From positions 49,531 through 113,530 of the forward strand of contig JAGWLB010000002.1 in NCBI GenBank assembly GCA_028865035.1: 64,000 nucleotides of DNA, given 5' to 3'. Numbering within the stretch: the stretch's first letter is position 1; every line of letters begins with the position of its first letter. Below, in pieces: positions 9,304-19,253 of this stretch. Position numbers and translations under genes: made by a program. The stretch is from Patescibacteria group bacterium (GTDB lineage: Bacteria > Patescibacteriota > Minisyncoccia > Phycocordibacterales > UBA9973). The notes under the pieces were generated by a model. The model saw nothing but the letters and a program-made list of their open reading frames with translations. It ran no database searches and had not been told where the DNA came from.

Positions 9304-10269
9304 ATGAATAATTTTTGGACAAAATTACCAAAGCCATTCTTTGTTCTGGCTCCTATGGCTGATGTTACAGACGCAGCTTTTCGTCGCGTTATATGTAAGT
9401 ATGGTAAACCTGATGTTATCTGGACTGAATTTGTTTCTGCTGATGGATTGTCTAGTCCTGGTAGAGAAGTGTTAAAGAATGATTTAATTTATACTGAAGA
9501 CGAAAGACCAATTGTCGCACAGCTATTTTCTTCAAATCCTGAAAAAATGAGAGAAGCGTCTCGGCTTTGTGCTGACTTAGGTTTTGATGGTATTGATATT
9601 AATATGGGTTGTCCTGATAGATCTATAGAAAAGCAAGGGGCTGGTGCTGCTATGATTAAAAATCAAGAATCAGCCAAAAATATTATCCAAGCAGTAAAAG
9701 ATGGCATAAGAGATGCAGGGAAAGAGATTCCAGTTTCAGTGAAGACACGTGTTGGTTATAATAAAGTTCAAATTGAAGAATGGATTCCTTTTTTACTATC
9801 TCAAGATATAGCTGTGCTTACTGTGCATGCTCGTACTCGAAAAGAAATGTCCAATGTACCAGCACGATGGAGTCACATAAAAGATATTGTTGATATTCGT
9901 AACAGAATGAATGTTAAAACAAAAATAATTGGTAATGGCGATGCTCTTAATATCAATCATGCTAGAGAGCTTGTAAAAGAAACTAGTTGCGATGGTGTGA
10001 TGCTAGGGAGAGCAATCTTTGGTAATCCTTGGCTTTTTGCGGAGAAAGAACCAAATATAGAAGAAAAATTAAAAGTTATGGTAGAGCACACGAAACTCTT
10101 CTCAAAACTTCTAGGTCAAATAAAAAATTTTGCAATTATGAAAAAGCATTTTAAAGCTTATGTGAATGGTTTTGATGGTGCAAAAGAATTAAGAGTAAAA
10201 CTTATGGAAACTAATAATGATAAGGAGGTTGAAGATATCGTTAACCAATTCATAGGGCAAGGGGAATAG
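9304..10269 (+). CDS. dus: tRNA-dihydrouridine synthase (Dus family, FMN TIM barrel)
   Basis: FVLAPMADVTDAAFRR start, the INMGCP catalytic Cys motif, and a helical C-terminal domain. Confidence 0.85.
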   Translation: MNNFWTKLPKPFFVLAPMADVTDAAFRRVICKYGKPDVIWTEFVSADGLSSPGREVLKNDLIYTEDERPIVAQLFSSNPEKMREASRLCADLGFDGIDINMGCPDRSIEKQGAGAAMIKNQESAKNIIQAVKDGIRDAGKEIPVSVKTRVGYNKVQIEEWIPFLLSQDIAVLTVHARTRKEMSNVPARWSHIKDIVDIRNRMNVKTKIIGNGDALNINHARELVKETSCDGVMLGRAIFGNPWLFAEKEPNIEEKLKVMVEHTKLFSKLLGQIKNFAIMKKHFKAYVNGFDGAKELRVKLMETNNDKEVEDIVNQFIGQGE

Positions 10270-10329
10270 TCAATTTAAACAAATTAAATTACACTCAACC
10301 TCTTTATATCTCTGTGATATACTAAGTCT

Positions 10330-11367
10330 ATGTCAGAATTAAATATAGCATTATATAGAAAATATCGCCCAGAACGTTTCTCTGATGTGGTAGGGCAGGA
10401 TCATATAGTCAAAGCTATATCTGGCGCCCTTGCTGCTTCTAAGGTTGCCCATGCTTATCTGCTTTCGGGGCCACGTGGTACAGGCAAAACTACTATTGCT
10501 CGCATAGTTGCTCGCGAGTTAGAAACATCAGCCAATGATATCTATGAGATAGATGCAGCCTCAAACAGAGGTATAGATGAAGTTCGTAATATTCGTGAAA
10601 ATGTGAATACTATGCCTTTTGATTCCAAATACAAAGTTTATATTTTGGACGAAGTACATATGTTTACCAAAGATGCTTGGAATGCTCTTCTGAAAACTAT
10701 CGAAGAGCCACCTAAACATGTCATCTTTATCTTAGCAACAACTGAACTAGAAAAAATCCCTGAAACAATTGTTTCTCGATGTCAAACATTTATACTTAAA
10801 AAACCGACAGATATAATACTTTCACAAGTTGTAAAAAATGTTGCTTCTAAAGAAGGTTATGAATTACAAGCTGGAGGAGCAGAGCTTATAGCTGTACTTG
10901 CTGACGGAGCTTTTCGAGATGCTCTAGGTACACTTCAGAAAGTTATCTCCTATAGTAAAAGTAAAAAAATTACAAAGGAAGATATAGAAAAAGTAACAGG
11001 AGCACCAAGTACAACTTTGGTGAATGAATTCTTGGAAGCTTTAGCTTCGAATAATATAGAGAAAGGTTTCTTATCTATCAGACAAGCAAGCGAACAAGAT
11101 ATCGATATGAGTGTATATTTGAAAATGATTCTTACGAAACTTCGCTATGCCCTTATTCTTCGCTACGCACCAGCCGCCAAAGAATCAATAATCAATAGTA
11201 TTTCAGTCGAGGATTTAGAATTTATAGAAAATCTTATATCAACTAAACCTACACATATATCTTCAAATTCACTTTCCATACTGCTTGAAGCATATCAGTC
11301 ACTTAGAACTTCAGTTATAAGTGAAATACCTATAGAACTTGCGTTAGTAAGGATACTTAGCAATTAA
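10330..11367 (+). CDS. dnaX: DNA polymerase III gamma/tau subunit, short form (AAA+ clamp-loader ATPase)
   Basis: Walker A GPRGTGKTT, the VYILDEVHM box, and SRC sensor motif SRCQ; 345 aa, consistent with a truncated tau. Confidence 0.8.
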   Translation: MSELNIALYRKYRPERFSDVVGQDHIVKAISGALAASKVAHAYLLSGPRGTGKTTIARIVARELETSANDIYEIDAASNRGIDEVRNIRENVNTMPFDSKYKVYILDEVHMFTKDAWNALLKTIEEPPKHVIFILATTELEKIPETIVSRCQTFILKKPTDIILSQVVKNVASKEGYELQAGGAELIAVLADGAFRDALGTLQKVISYSKSKKITKEDIEKVTGAPSTTLVNEFLEALASNNIEKGFLSIRQASEQDIDMSVYLKMILTKLRYALILRYAPAAKESIINSISVEDLEFIENLISTKPTHISSNSLSILLEAYQSLRTSVISEIPIELALVRILSN

Positions 11368-11372
11368 GATAT

Positions 11373-12398
11373 TTAGCTTAATTTAATTTCTTTTTTATAT
11401 ATAGAGATCAGGCTATATAGCAAACTTAAAACAAGTGGTCCTATAAGGATACCCTCTGGGCCCATAAGCGAAATACCTCCTAGTATAGAGAATAGAATAA
11501 AAAATGGTGGCATCTCAGTTTTCTTAGAAATTATGAAAGGTGAGAGAAGGTCGTCTATGATTGCTACGAATCCGAGTGACCATACAAGAAGACCTATAGC
11601 TTGAACGTGCATTCCAGTGAAGAATAAGAAAAGTATTGCTGGAACGAATACTAAAGAAGTTCCAACTGTAGGCACAAAAGAAGCGATGCCTGCTGTTACT
11701 GCCCATAGTGTGGCATTGGGTACACCGAATATCATAAAGCCAATGCCAGTAAGAAATCCTTGGATAATAGCTATAATAAATGTGCCTTTAATAACTTGGT
11801 TGATAGTAGTATGAAGCTTAGAGAATATTTCATTTGTATTATTTTCTGAAATAGGCCATAACATAGAAAAACTTTTTTTCCATTCTTTTCCATTTCTTAA
11901 GAAATAAAAAATGGCTAAAATCATAAACATAAACATAATAATTGTTTGGATAGTAGCTGTGAAAAAACTTGTAGTGTTTTGAGAGATAAATGATACGATA
12001 TCCGCTGCTTTTGATTCAGTGTTTACAGACATACCTTGAGGTAAGACTTTATTTATAGAATTATCGAGAGTCTTAAAAAATGTATTATTTTGGTTACTTA
12101 CAGATGATATATAATCGTATGCATTATGTGTTTGTTTTAGCACGTTTGAGCCTATGAATAAGACTGGAGCACATAAAACAACAACAAAAAGTAATACTGT
12201 AAGGAAAGAAGCAACAGAAGAAAAACCAAAAGCAAGATGATGTTTAATCCATAAGTATACGGGGTCAAGAACAACTGCAAATGCAGCAGCCATAACAAGT
12301 ATTGTTATGAATGGATATAGAATCGCAAGCATTAGAAAAATAGTAATACCAAGCAGTGCGTAAAAAAAATACTTTTCAACTAAATGCGATGATTTCAT
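11373..12398 (-). CDS. AI-2E family transporter (PerM/YdiK-like permease)
   Basis: Eight predicted TM helices and the AI-2E family-like topology and length. Confidence 0.7.
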   Translation of the reverse strand: MKSSHLVEKYFFYALLGITIFLMLAILYPFITILVMAAAFAVVLDPVYLWIKHHLAFGFSSVASFLTVLLFVVVLCAPVLFIGSNVLKQTHNAYDYISSVSNQNNTFFKTLDNSINKVLPQGMSVNTESKAADIVSFISQNTTSFFTATIQTIIMFMFMILAIFYFLRNGKEWKKSFSMLWPISENNTNEIFSKLHTTINQVIKGTFIIAIIQGFLTGIGFMIFGVPNATLWAVTAGIASFVPTVGTSLVFVPAILFLFFTGMHVQAIGLLVWSLGFVAIIDDLLSPFIISKKTEMPPFFILFSILGGISLMGPEGILIGPLVLSLLYSLISIYKKEIKLS

Positions 12399-12484
12399 AT
12401 GGGAATATTATATCATAGATAATTGCGTTATTTGTCTATTTGGTGTATTTTAAAGAGGTATTAATAGGGGATAATAAAAACATT

Positions 12485-12555
12485 TGGGGATCGTCTAATG
12501 GTAGGACAGCGGCCTTTGAAGCCGTTAATTGGGGTTCGAATCCCTGTCCCCAAGC
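12485..12555 (+). tRNA. tRNA-Gln (anticodon TTG)
   Basis: Cloverleaf: acceptor TTGGGGA/TCCCCAA, anticodon stem GCGGC/GCCGT with loop CTTTGAA, T-loop GGGGTTCGAATCCC. Confidence 0.8.
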
Positions 12556-12716
12556 AAAGTGAGCCAAGCGAGATTTGCTTGGGGAAGAAAGTGCATTGCA
12601 CTTTCGCCAGGGATGAGAAGACCTTGAGTGTATCGCACGTAGCAAAGCAAGTACGATACGAAAGGCGTACTGAATCTGTAGGATTCGAAACTCCCTGTCC
12701 CAAAGCCAATAATTTG
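12556..12716 (+). other. structured ~160-nt spacer ending in a degenerate duplicate of the tRNA-Gln T-arm/acceptor 3' end (TAGGATTCGAAACTCCCTGTCCCAAAG); att-like scar or tRNA pseudogene
   Basis: Compare tRNA ...GGGGTTCGAATCCCTGTCCCCAAG with the copy ...GGATTCGAAACTCCCTGTCCCAAAG. Several hairpins lie in between (CCCCAAGCAAA/TTTGCTTGGGG; GTATCG/CGATAC). Confidence 0.5.
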
Positions 12717-12731
12717 TTTATAGTATTAAAT

Positions 12732-13121
12732 ATGAAAAAAGAAATAAAATTCACAGCTCTATTTGTAAAAGACATAAAAGATTTATTAAAAAGATTCCCT
12801 CCTAAGCATAAGAAAATTTTTGGACATCATTCAACGATTGAATTTCAACCAACTAGTCTAGATGGCATAGAAATAGGAAAAGAATGCAGTATAAAAATAA
12901 TAGGACGAGCTTGGGATGAATTTGGAGATGACCTTCTTGTTGAAAATTTAAAATCTAAAAATAAATACCCCCACATAACCGTGTCCCGAGCAGATAATGC
13001 TCCACCACTGTACTCAAAAATACTATTTGAAAAAACTGATATAGAATACTTTGATAATGAAGAAGTTAGGGTTATTGAAGGATATTCAGATGGGAATAAG
13101 TATATTACACAGAACCTATAG
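12732..13121 (+). CDS. small 2H phosphoesterase superfamily protein (LigT/CPDase-like, two H-x-T/S-x motifs)
   Basis: The GHHSTIEF and PHITVSR motifs are spaced ~60 aa apart. The ORF track begins earlier (12498), inside the tRNA; the first plausible ATG after the duplicated tRNA 3' end is at 12732. Confidence 0.5.
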   Translation: MKKEIKFTALFVKDIKDLLKRFPPKHKKIFGHHSTIEFQPTSLDGIEIGKECSIKIIGRAWDEFGDDLLVENLKSKNKYPHITVSRADNAPPLYSKILFEKTDIEYFDNEEVRVIEGYSDGNKYITQNL

Positions 13122-13122
13122 C

Positions 13123-13216
13123 TGTTCCAACTTCATCCCTGCCTGCGCAGGCAGGCCAGACTGTAAGCCAATAATTTGCTATAATATTAACTTATGGAAA
13201 AGAAAATTATTGTTAT
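13123..13216 (+). repeat. intergenic direct repeat family A, copy 1 (carries an extended -10 TGCTATAAT and the first 8 codons MEKKIIVI of a Nudix-like gene start)
   Basis: Near-identity to 14531..14604 (GTTTCAACTTC...CAGAC.GTAAGCCAATAATTTGCTATAATA.TAACTTATGGAAAAGAAAATTATTGTTA). In this copy the palindrome CTGCCTGCGCAGGCAGG is inserted. Confidence 0.8.
13138..13155. repeat. second copy of the GC-rich palindrome CCTGCCTGCGCAGGCAGG, inserted in repeat A1
   Basis: Identical 21-mer to 4285..4305. It is absent from the otherwise homologous repeat copies A2 and A3. Confidence 0.7.
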
Positions 13217-13237
13217 AACTTCTGGTATAATATTAAA

Positions 13238-13876
13238 ATGGAAGAACAACTCACTAATTATATTAAGGAAAAGTACAATCCATTAGCCATTGTATTACAT
13301 GGCTCACGTGCAAATGGGTACGCAAAGGAACATTCTGATTGGGACTTTTTAATTTTTACATATAAAGATGTTAACCCCGCAAGAGATATTAAATTTGGTG
13401 CAAATTTTGAAATAAAGCAAGTAATACTTCCTTTGTCTGATAATAAAATTAAGGAAGGTCTTGGTTTTTTATTTAGGACCGAAAATATAAAAATATTATA
13501 TGATAAAGATAGTATTGTTCCTGCTTTGCTTACTAAAAATGAAATAGTAATTGAAAAAGGAGACACGTTCAATGAGGTAGATAAACGTGCTCGATGTGCA
13601 TTTTTAAAATCAAGTTTAGATAGTATTGAAGATTATAAAAATAATGAGTTAATTGTTTTTTCCAAAAAGGCAATATTTTATAATAAGGTTGTGCCTACGT
13701 GGTTTAGATTTCTTCATAACGAATTCAAGCCCTCAGATTATTTAGCTCTACCTCGAATTAAAAGTGATGATCCAGAATTCTATAAATTACTTGAGGAGTT
13801 TATTGATGCAGATGCTGAGCAATCAATTCTTATTGGAAACAAAATGATCAATCATATTTTCTCAGATTTAGATTAA
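13238..13876 (+). CDS. pol-beta superfamily nucleotidyltransferase with a C-terminal helical domain (KNT/ANT-like or MNT-HEPN-like)
   Basis: Motif LHGSRANGYAKEHSDWDFLIF (GS...D.D). A leaderless-type promoter (TGGTATAAT) ends 6 nt before the ATG. Confidence 0.6.
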   Translation: MEEQLTNYIKEKYNPLAIVLHGSRANGYAKEHSDWDFLIFTYKDVNPARDIKFGANFEIKQVILPLSDNKIKEGLGFLFRTENIKILYDKDSIVPALLTKNEIVIEKGDTFNEVDKRARCAFLKSSLDSIEDYKNNELIVFSKKAIFYNKVVPTWFRFLHNEFKPSDYLALPRIKSDDPEFYKLLEEFIDADAEQSILIGNKMINHIFSDLD

Positions 13877-13881
13877 GAATT

Positions 13882-13910
13882 GTTTCAACTTCGCCTCAGA
13901 CGGTAAGCAA
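13882..13910 (+). repeat. repeat family A, partial copy 2 (GTTTCAACTTCGCCTCAGACGGTAAGCAA)
   Basis: Matches the 5' half of A1 and A3. Confidence 0.6.
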
Positions 13911-13966
13911 ATAAAAACCACCGGAAATAAATTTGGTGGTTTAATAGAAGTTTCATTCAAATAATT

Positions 13967-14452
13967 TTAATCTTGGAATTTTTTGATTGCCTCGATTCTT
14001 ACAGAATCATCAAAAAATTCTTTTGGATTAATTATCCCGAGGTTGTCATCCACTAATTTAATATCAAGAGGTAAGACACCTGCAGTCGGAATAATTCCTC
14101 CGTTACCATCATCTGCACCAAACTTTGAAGAAATAAAATAAATAATTATTGTTTCTTCACCGCCGCATTGTTCAATCATGTAATTTACAATATTTATATC
14201 CTTGTTTGGCCATTTTTTTACCGGACCAATCATAATTATTTCAAAATTTTCAGGCTGATAAAAAAAATTACCAGGATCAGCATTTATAGGAAAATGAAAT
14301 TGTTTACCGGTCAAATCAAAATTTTTTGATTCACCATACCATTGTAACCAAACTTCATTACCATGTTTTTTTTCACGAAATAAGGTTGGTTTTTTTACAA
14401 TTTCTTTGCATGTTTGATGAACGGGCTCGCTCACTGGCTTAACTGTTTCCAT
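13967..14452 (-). CDS. hypothetical protein (161 aa)
   Basis: Intact ORF with no family I can recognise from sequence. Confidence 0.4.
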   Translation of the reverse strand: METVKPVSEPVHQTCKEIVKKPTLFREKKHGNEVWLQWYGESKNFDLTGKQFHFPINADPGNFFYQPENFEIIMIGPVKKWPNKDINIVNYMIEQCGGEETIIIYFISSKFGADDGNGGIIPTAGVLPLDIKLVDDNLGIINPKEFFDDSVRIEAIKKFQD

Positions 14453-14530
14453 AATTTAACATTTTAATGGTTTATTTTATTGTTGGTTTTTCTTTACATT
14501 AACATTTACTACTTATTTGTCAACAATATC

Positions 14531-14604
14531 GTTTCAACTTCACCCCAGACGGTAAGCCAATAATTTGCTATAATACTAACTTATGGAAAAGAAAATTATT
14601 GTTA
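14531..14604 (+). repeat. repeat family A, copy 3 (contains the promoter and the start of the Nudix gene)
   Basis: Near-identical to A1. -10 TATAAT at 14569-14574, ATG at 14583, giving a leaderless-type arrangement. Confidence 0.8.
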
Positions 14605-15017
14605 GAGCTAGAGCTATTATTTTAAATAATAATAAATTACTAGTAGTAAAGCATTCACATGATTCGAGCTTCGCTGCTTTACCAGGGGGTCACCTTGAAT
14701 GGGGAGAAGATATCAAGGAATGTTTATCTAGAGAAATTGTAGAAGAACTTGGAATAAACCCTGAGATTGGAAGACTACTATATGTTAATAATTTTACAGA
14801 AAAAGATACTGAGCAATCAGTAGAATTTTTCTTTGAAGTTACAAATGGTTATGCGTATAAAGATTTTGAAAATCATACAAGAACACATGCATATGAACTT
14901 GCTGATATACTTTGGATAGAGCCTAACGATCTTGTGAACATTCTACCAAAAGAATTTGAAGAAGATTTTAAATTAGGGAAAATTATTTCTGATCAAGTAA
15001 GATATATACATTCTTAA
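14583..15017 (+). CDS. NUDIX hydrolase
   Basis: Nudix box GGHLEWGEDIKECLSREIVEELG. Confidence 0.8.
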   Translation: MEKKIIVRARAIILNNNKLLVVKHSHDSSFAALPGGHLEWGEDIKECLSREIVEELGINPEIGRLLYVNNFTEKDTEQSVEFFFEVTNGYAYKDFENHTRTHAYELADILWIEPNDLVNILPKEFEEDFKLGKIISDQVRYIHS

Positions 15018-15088
15018 ACAATAAAGATTTAAATGAAATTACTCCAGACTATAAATGAAAAAGATTTTTTCTGTTATAATATATATGT

Positions 15089-15511
15089 ATGAAATTTATT
15101 AGAATATTTCTCTTAATATTAATTATTATTGGTACAGGGCTTTTGTTGACTCAAAAAATTTGGGTTCCTAAGTTTGTAAATATTATTTTAAAAAATAATA
15201 CACAACAAGAGCAACCAATAAACGATGGAACTACTAAGATTGCTTTCCCTGAAGGCGGAGAAACTTTTATTCCTGGACAGACATATACTCTCAAGTGGTC
15301 ATACGGCCCTAATCCGCTCGATATTTTTCTTATAGATACATCTCTTAGAAAATATGGAGCGTCTGTGAGTCTTTCTGATCGAGTATACCGTATCACAAAT
15401 ACTGGTTCATATGAATATACCTTTCCTAAAAATCTTAAAGATGGCATATATCAATTTAGAATTGGAAATGTTATTAGTAATAATTTTAAAGTTACTTCAA
15501 CATTAAAATAA
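15089..15511 (+). CDS. hypothetical membrane-anchored/secreted protein (140 aa)
   Basis: N-terminal TM helix; terminator hairpin at 15510-15528. Confidence 0.45.
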   Translation: MKFIRIFLLILIIIGTGLLLTQKIWVPKFVNIILKNNTQQEQPINDGTTKIAFPEGGETFIPGQTYTLKWSYGPNPLDIFLIDTSLRKYGASVSLSDRVYRITNTGSYEYTFPKNLKDGIYQFRIGNVISNNFKVTSTLK

Positions 15512-15593
15512 CCTACAAAAAGTAGGTTATTGATAATTTAAATTTTAGGATTATGTTTTAACTTTATGTTTCGTATTTTTTAAAATATTTCTT

Positions 15594-15615
15594 TCTCTCT
15601 GAGAGAGTTTGTATT
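15594..15615. promoter_or_regulatory. palindrome CTCTCTGAGAGAG upstream of the P-type ATPase
   Basis: Perfect 6-1-6 palindrome ~110 bp upstream of the ATG; possible operator. Confidence 0.25.
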
Positions 15616-15725
15616 AAAGATGTTGTTAATATCCAAAATGCAATAATTGCAAGTATATAAATAATAAATACCAGAATATATAAGCCTCTCACACTAGGTC
15701 TATATATTTTGCTATAATAAACATT

Positions 15726-18185
15726 ATGGAAATAAGAAAAGTAAAAAATAAGGAAAAGGATAATCTGAAGTCACTTTCAATGGAAGATTTACAGAAAAAG
15801 ATAGATTCCTCAGTAAACGGATTAAGTCAGAATGAAGCAGAAAAAAGATTAATTACTTACGGGCGTAATGAAATAAAAGAAAAAGAAGCAAATCCTTTCC
15901 TTAAATTTCTTACATATTTTTGGGGACCCATTCCATGGATGATTGAAATAGCTGTAATTTTGTCAGCTATGGTTGCACACTGGGCTGATTTCTTTATAAT
16001 TTTACTCCTTCTTTTATCTAATGCAGTCGTTGGGTTTTGGGAAGAACATCAGGCTGGTAATGCTATAGCTGCGTTGAAAGCAAAGCTAGCTCTCACTGCT
16101 CAAGTGAAACGTGACGGTAAATGGATTACCTTAGATTCACATTTACTTGTGCCAGGAGATGTTATACACATACGTGCTGGTGATATTATTCCTTCGGATG
16201 CTCGTTTGCTTGAAGGTGATGAAATAGAAGTAGATCAATCGACTTTGACGGGGGAGTCACTACCAGTGACACGTAAATCAGGGGATGCTGTTTTTTCTGG
16301 CTCGATTCTACGACATGGTGAAATCGACGCTTTAGTATATGCCACTGGAGCTAATACTTATTTTGGTAAAACGGCTGAGTTAGTAGAAGAAGCACATACT
16401 GTTAGTCATTTCCAAAAAGCTGTGTTGAAAATCGGAAATTATCTTATATTTTTTGCTGTTATCTTGGTGGCAATAGTTGTTTTTGTTGCAATTATGCGCG
16501 GTAATCCTATTCTTACTACTTTAGAATTTTCTCTTGTACTTTTAGTAGCAGCAATTCCCGTAGCTATGCCTACAGTATTATCTGTGACAATGGCCGTTGG
16601 AGCAAAACTTTTAGCTAAAAAAGAAGCAATAGTCACAAGGCTCTCAGCGATCGAAGAGCTAGCAGGGGTAGATATTTTATGTTCAGATAAAACTGGAACT
16701 TTAACTCAAAACAAATTGACGTTAGGTGAACCATTTAGCGTTAGGGACATACCAGTCGAGCAAGTCATACTATATGGTGCCTTAGCTTCTCGCCCAGAAG
16801 ATAAAGATTCTATAGACCAAGCTGTTATCGATGGTGTAAAAGATAAGCAAGCCCTTGGAACATATAAGGTTATACACTTTCAACCATTTGATGCAATACG
16901 TAAACGTACAGAAGCTACTGTAGTTTCTGGAGATGGAAAACAATTCCAAGTAGCAATGGGTGCTTCACAAATAATCTTAGCGATGTCTGTTAATATAAAT
17001 GAAGTAAAGAATTTAGTTGATACGGCTGTTCACGATTTTGCGACGCGAGGATTTAGGTCTTTAGGTATTGCTAAAACAGACAATGATGGTAAGTGGCGTT
17101 TCGTCGGAGTACTTCCATTATTTGATCCACCACGCCCTCAGGCCAAGAAAACCATTGCAAGCGCTGAACAAATGGGTGTAAATGTAAAAATGATTACAGG
17201 AGATCAAATGGCTATAGCACAAGAAACTGCTAAGCAACTTGGATTAGGGTCAAATATCTTTGATGCCAGTGATTTAGATGACGATAAAATATCGAAAGAG
17301 TATGTAGATGCAATTGAAAAAGCAGATGGTTTTGCTCAAGTTTTTCCAGAGCATAAGTTTCATATTGTCGATATGCTACAAAAAAGAGGTCATATCGTAG
17401 GAATGACTGGAGATGGAGTAAATGACGCACCAGCACTCAAGAAAGCTGATTGCGGTATTGCTGTTTCTGGAGCAACCGATGCGGCTCGTGCGGCTGCATC
17501 TATCGTGCTTTTGACACCAGGACTTTCGTTGATAATTGATGCGATAAAGGAAAGCCGAAGAATTTTCCAGAGGATGAATAGCTATGCTATTTATCGTATT
17601 GCTGAAACTATGCGAGTTCTTTTGTTTATGACGCTCGCTATTCTTGTCTTTAATTTTTATCCGGTTACGGCTGTGATGATTGTGATGCTTGCTCTTCTAA
17701 ATGATGGCGCCATTTTATCTATTGCTTTTGATAATGTTATTTATAAAAAGAAGCCGGAGGCTTGGCAGATGCATAAAGTTTTAGGTGTTTCAACTGTTCT
17801 TGGTGTTATTGGTGTAGTATCTACTTTTGGACTTTTTTATCTAGCAGAGAAAGTATTTCACTTAGATAATGATCATATTCAAACTTTAATGTATTTAAAA
17901 CTTTCAATAGCAGGACATCTTACTATTTTTGTAACTAGGACGAGAGGTCCGTTCTGGTCGCATCGTCCAGCAAAAATTCTTTTCTTTGCTGTTTTATGTA
18001 CTCAAATAATTGCAACTTTAATAGCTGTTTATGGAGTGTTTATGACTCCTCTTGGATGGGGATGGGCGTTGTTTATATGGATATACGCAATAGTGTGGTT
18101 ATTCATCAATGACCGTGTAAAACTTTTGGCATATCGTATTTTTGACCCATTACCATCAACACCAACTATAGCCACTCAATCTTAA
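15726..18185 (+). CDS. P-type cation-transporting ATPase (type IIIA plasma-membrane H+/Mg2+-ATPase-like)
   Basis: Motifs DKTGTLT, TGES, MITGD and GDGVNDAPALKKADCGIAV; 10 TM helices; TATAAT 8 nt before the ATG (leaderless). Confidence 0.9.
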   Translation: MEIRKVKNKEKDNLKSLSMEDLQKKIDSSVNGLSQNEAEKRLITYGRNEIKEKEANPFLKFLTYFWGPIPWMIEIAVILSAMVAHWADFFIILLLLLSNAVVGFWEEHQAGNAIAALKAKLALTAQVKRDGKWITLDSHLLVPGDVIHIRAGDIIPSDARLLEGDEIEVDQSTLTGESLPVTRKSGDAVFSGSILRHGEIDALVYATGANTYFGKTAELVEEAHTVSHFQKAVLKIGNYLIFFAVILVAIVVFVAIMRGNPILTTLEFSLVLLVAAIPVAMPTVLSVTMAVGAKLLAKKEAIVTRLSAIEELAGVDILCSDKTGTLTQNKLTLGEPFSVRDIPVEQVILYGALASRPEDKDSIDQAVIDGVKDKQALGTYKVIHFQPFDAIRKRTEATVVSGDGKQFQVAMGASQIILAMSVNINEVKNLVDTAVHDFATRGFRSLGIAKTDNDGKWRFVGVLPLFDPPRPQAKKTIASAEQMGVNVKMITGDQMAIAQETAKQLGLGSNIFDASDLDDDKISKEYVDAIEKADGFAQVFPEHKFHIVDMLQKRGHIVGMTGDGVNDAPALKKADCGIAVSGATDAARAAASIVLLTPGLSLIIDAIKESRRIFQRMNSYAIYRIAETMRVLLFMTLAILVFNFYPVTAVMIVMLALLNDGAILSIAFDNVIYKKKPEAWQMHKVLGVSTVLGVIGVVSTFGLFYLAEKVFHLDNDHIQTLMYLKLSIAGHLTIFVTRTRGPFWSHRPAKILFFAVLCTQIIATLIAVYGVFMTPLGWGWALFIWIYAIVWLFINDRVKLLAYRIFDPLPSTPTIATQS

Positions 18186-18268
18186 TATGTTATTTAATGG
18201 AATAAAAATAAAAGGCTAAACACATTTAATGAATAACCTTTTGTAAAAAAATAACAAAGAACAGTTTT

Positions 18269-18646
18269 TTAATTTTCAAACGCTGTGGAAATAATAGTTA
18301 TAGGTTGTTCAGGATCCAAACTTTCCCATTTAGTAGCATTTTTATTATTTTCCTTTAGCAATTTTACCACTTGCTTTGCTTTAAAAAAATAATACACTCT
18401 GTCGTCTATCGGTTTAGCATTTTTCGTTATTGTATTACCAGTACTTTTATACCAGAATTGGGCCATTGGTGTTACTAGTATTGTTAAGCCGATTAAACTT
18501 TTAAATAATTCTTTGTATTGAATCAAGCCGTCTACGTTAATCATTTTTACATGTTTCTTTTTGCCTATTGGAAACCAGTTTACTCCTGTCATAATATTAT
18601 TTTTATTTTTAGAAATTTTATATGTATAATAACATCTATTAAACAC
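18269..18646 (-). CDS. hypothetical protein (125 aa)
   Basis: ORF only. Confidence 0.35.
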   Translation of the reverse strand: MFNRCYYTYKISKNKNNIMTGVNWFPIGKKKHVKMINVDGLIQYKELFKSLIGLTILVTPMAQFWYKSTGNTITKNAKPIDDRVYYFFKAKQVVKLLKENNKNATKWESLDPEQPITIISTAFEN

Positions 18647-18710
18647 TTGTCAATAGTATGTTTTATAAATACAACAAGCGTCCAATCATTTTTCGTGTTA
18701 AACTTAAAGC

Positions 18711-19253
18711 ATGAGGAATACTAAAACAATCATCTTGGTTTTGATATCAACTATAATAATAGGTAGCGGAGCGTACATTATTTATCATAAAAATAAAAGT
18801 GTATCGAATGTAGCTGTTACTCCTACAATAAATACTTCGGTAGTATACAAAAATAATGAATACGGATTTACTTTTTCATTACCTGATAGCTGGAGGGGGT
18901 ATACAATTGTACAGAATACTTGGCAAGGGTATCCAGTAAATGATCCTAAATCAAATGAAACTGGACCAAAGATTTTGATACGTAATCCAAATTGGACTTC
19001 AGCTGTTCACTATGAGGATATTCCAATATTAATATTTACCACAGCACAATGGGATTCATACGTAGCTGAAGATTTTGCTGTATCCGCTGCTCCTATTCCT
19101 GCAAGTAAATTAGCTAGCAACAACAAATATGTATTTGCTCTTCCTCCACGTTGGGATTATGACTTTAGTAAAGGATACGAAGAAGCAGAGAATATAATAA
19201 AAAGTAAACCTATAATTGGATTCGACATAGATAAGTTATCAGTTACGAAATAA
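18711..19253 (+). CDS. hypothetical membrane-anchored protein (180 aa)
   Basis: N-terminal TM helix followed by a periplasmic-type domain. Confidence 0.45.
   Translation: MRNTKTIILVLISTIIIGSGAYIIYHKNKSVSNVAVTPTINTSVVYKNNEYGFTFSLPDSWRGYTIVQNTWQGYPVNDPKSNETGPKILIRNPNWTSAVHYEDIPILIFTTAQWDSYVAEDFAVSAAPIPASKLASNNKYVFALPPRWDYDFSKGYEEAENIIKSKPIIGFDIDKLSVTK

Noticed and set aside
12498-12731. 5' part of the 207-aa track ORF
   Set aside because: It begins inside tRNA-Gln and reads through the duplicated tRNA 3' end. The coding start is more plausibly the ATG at 12732.
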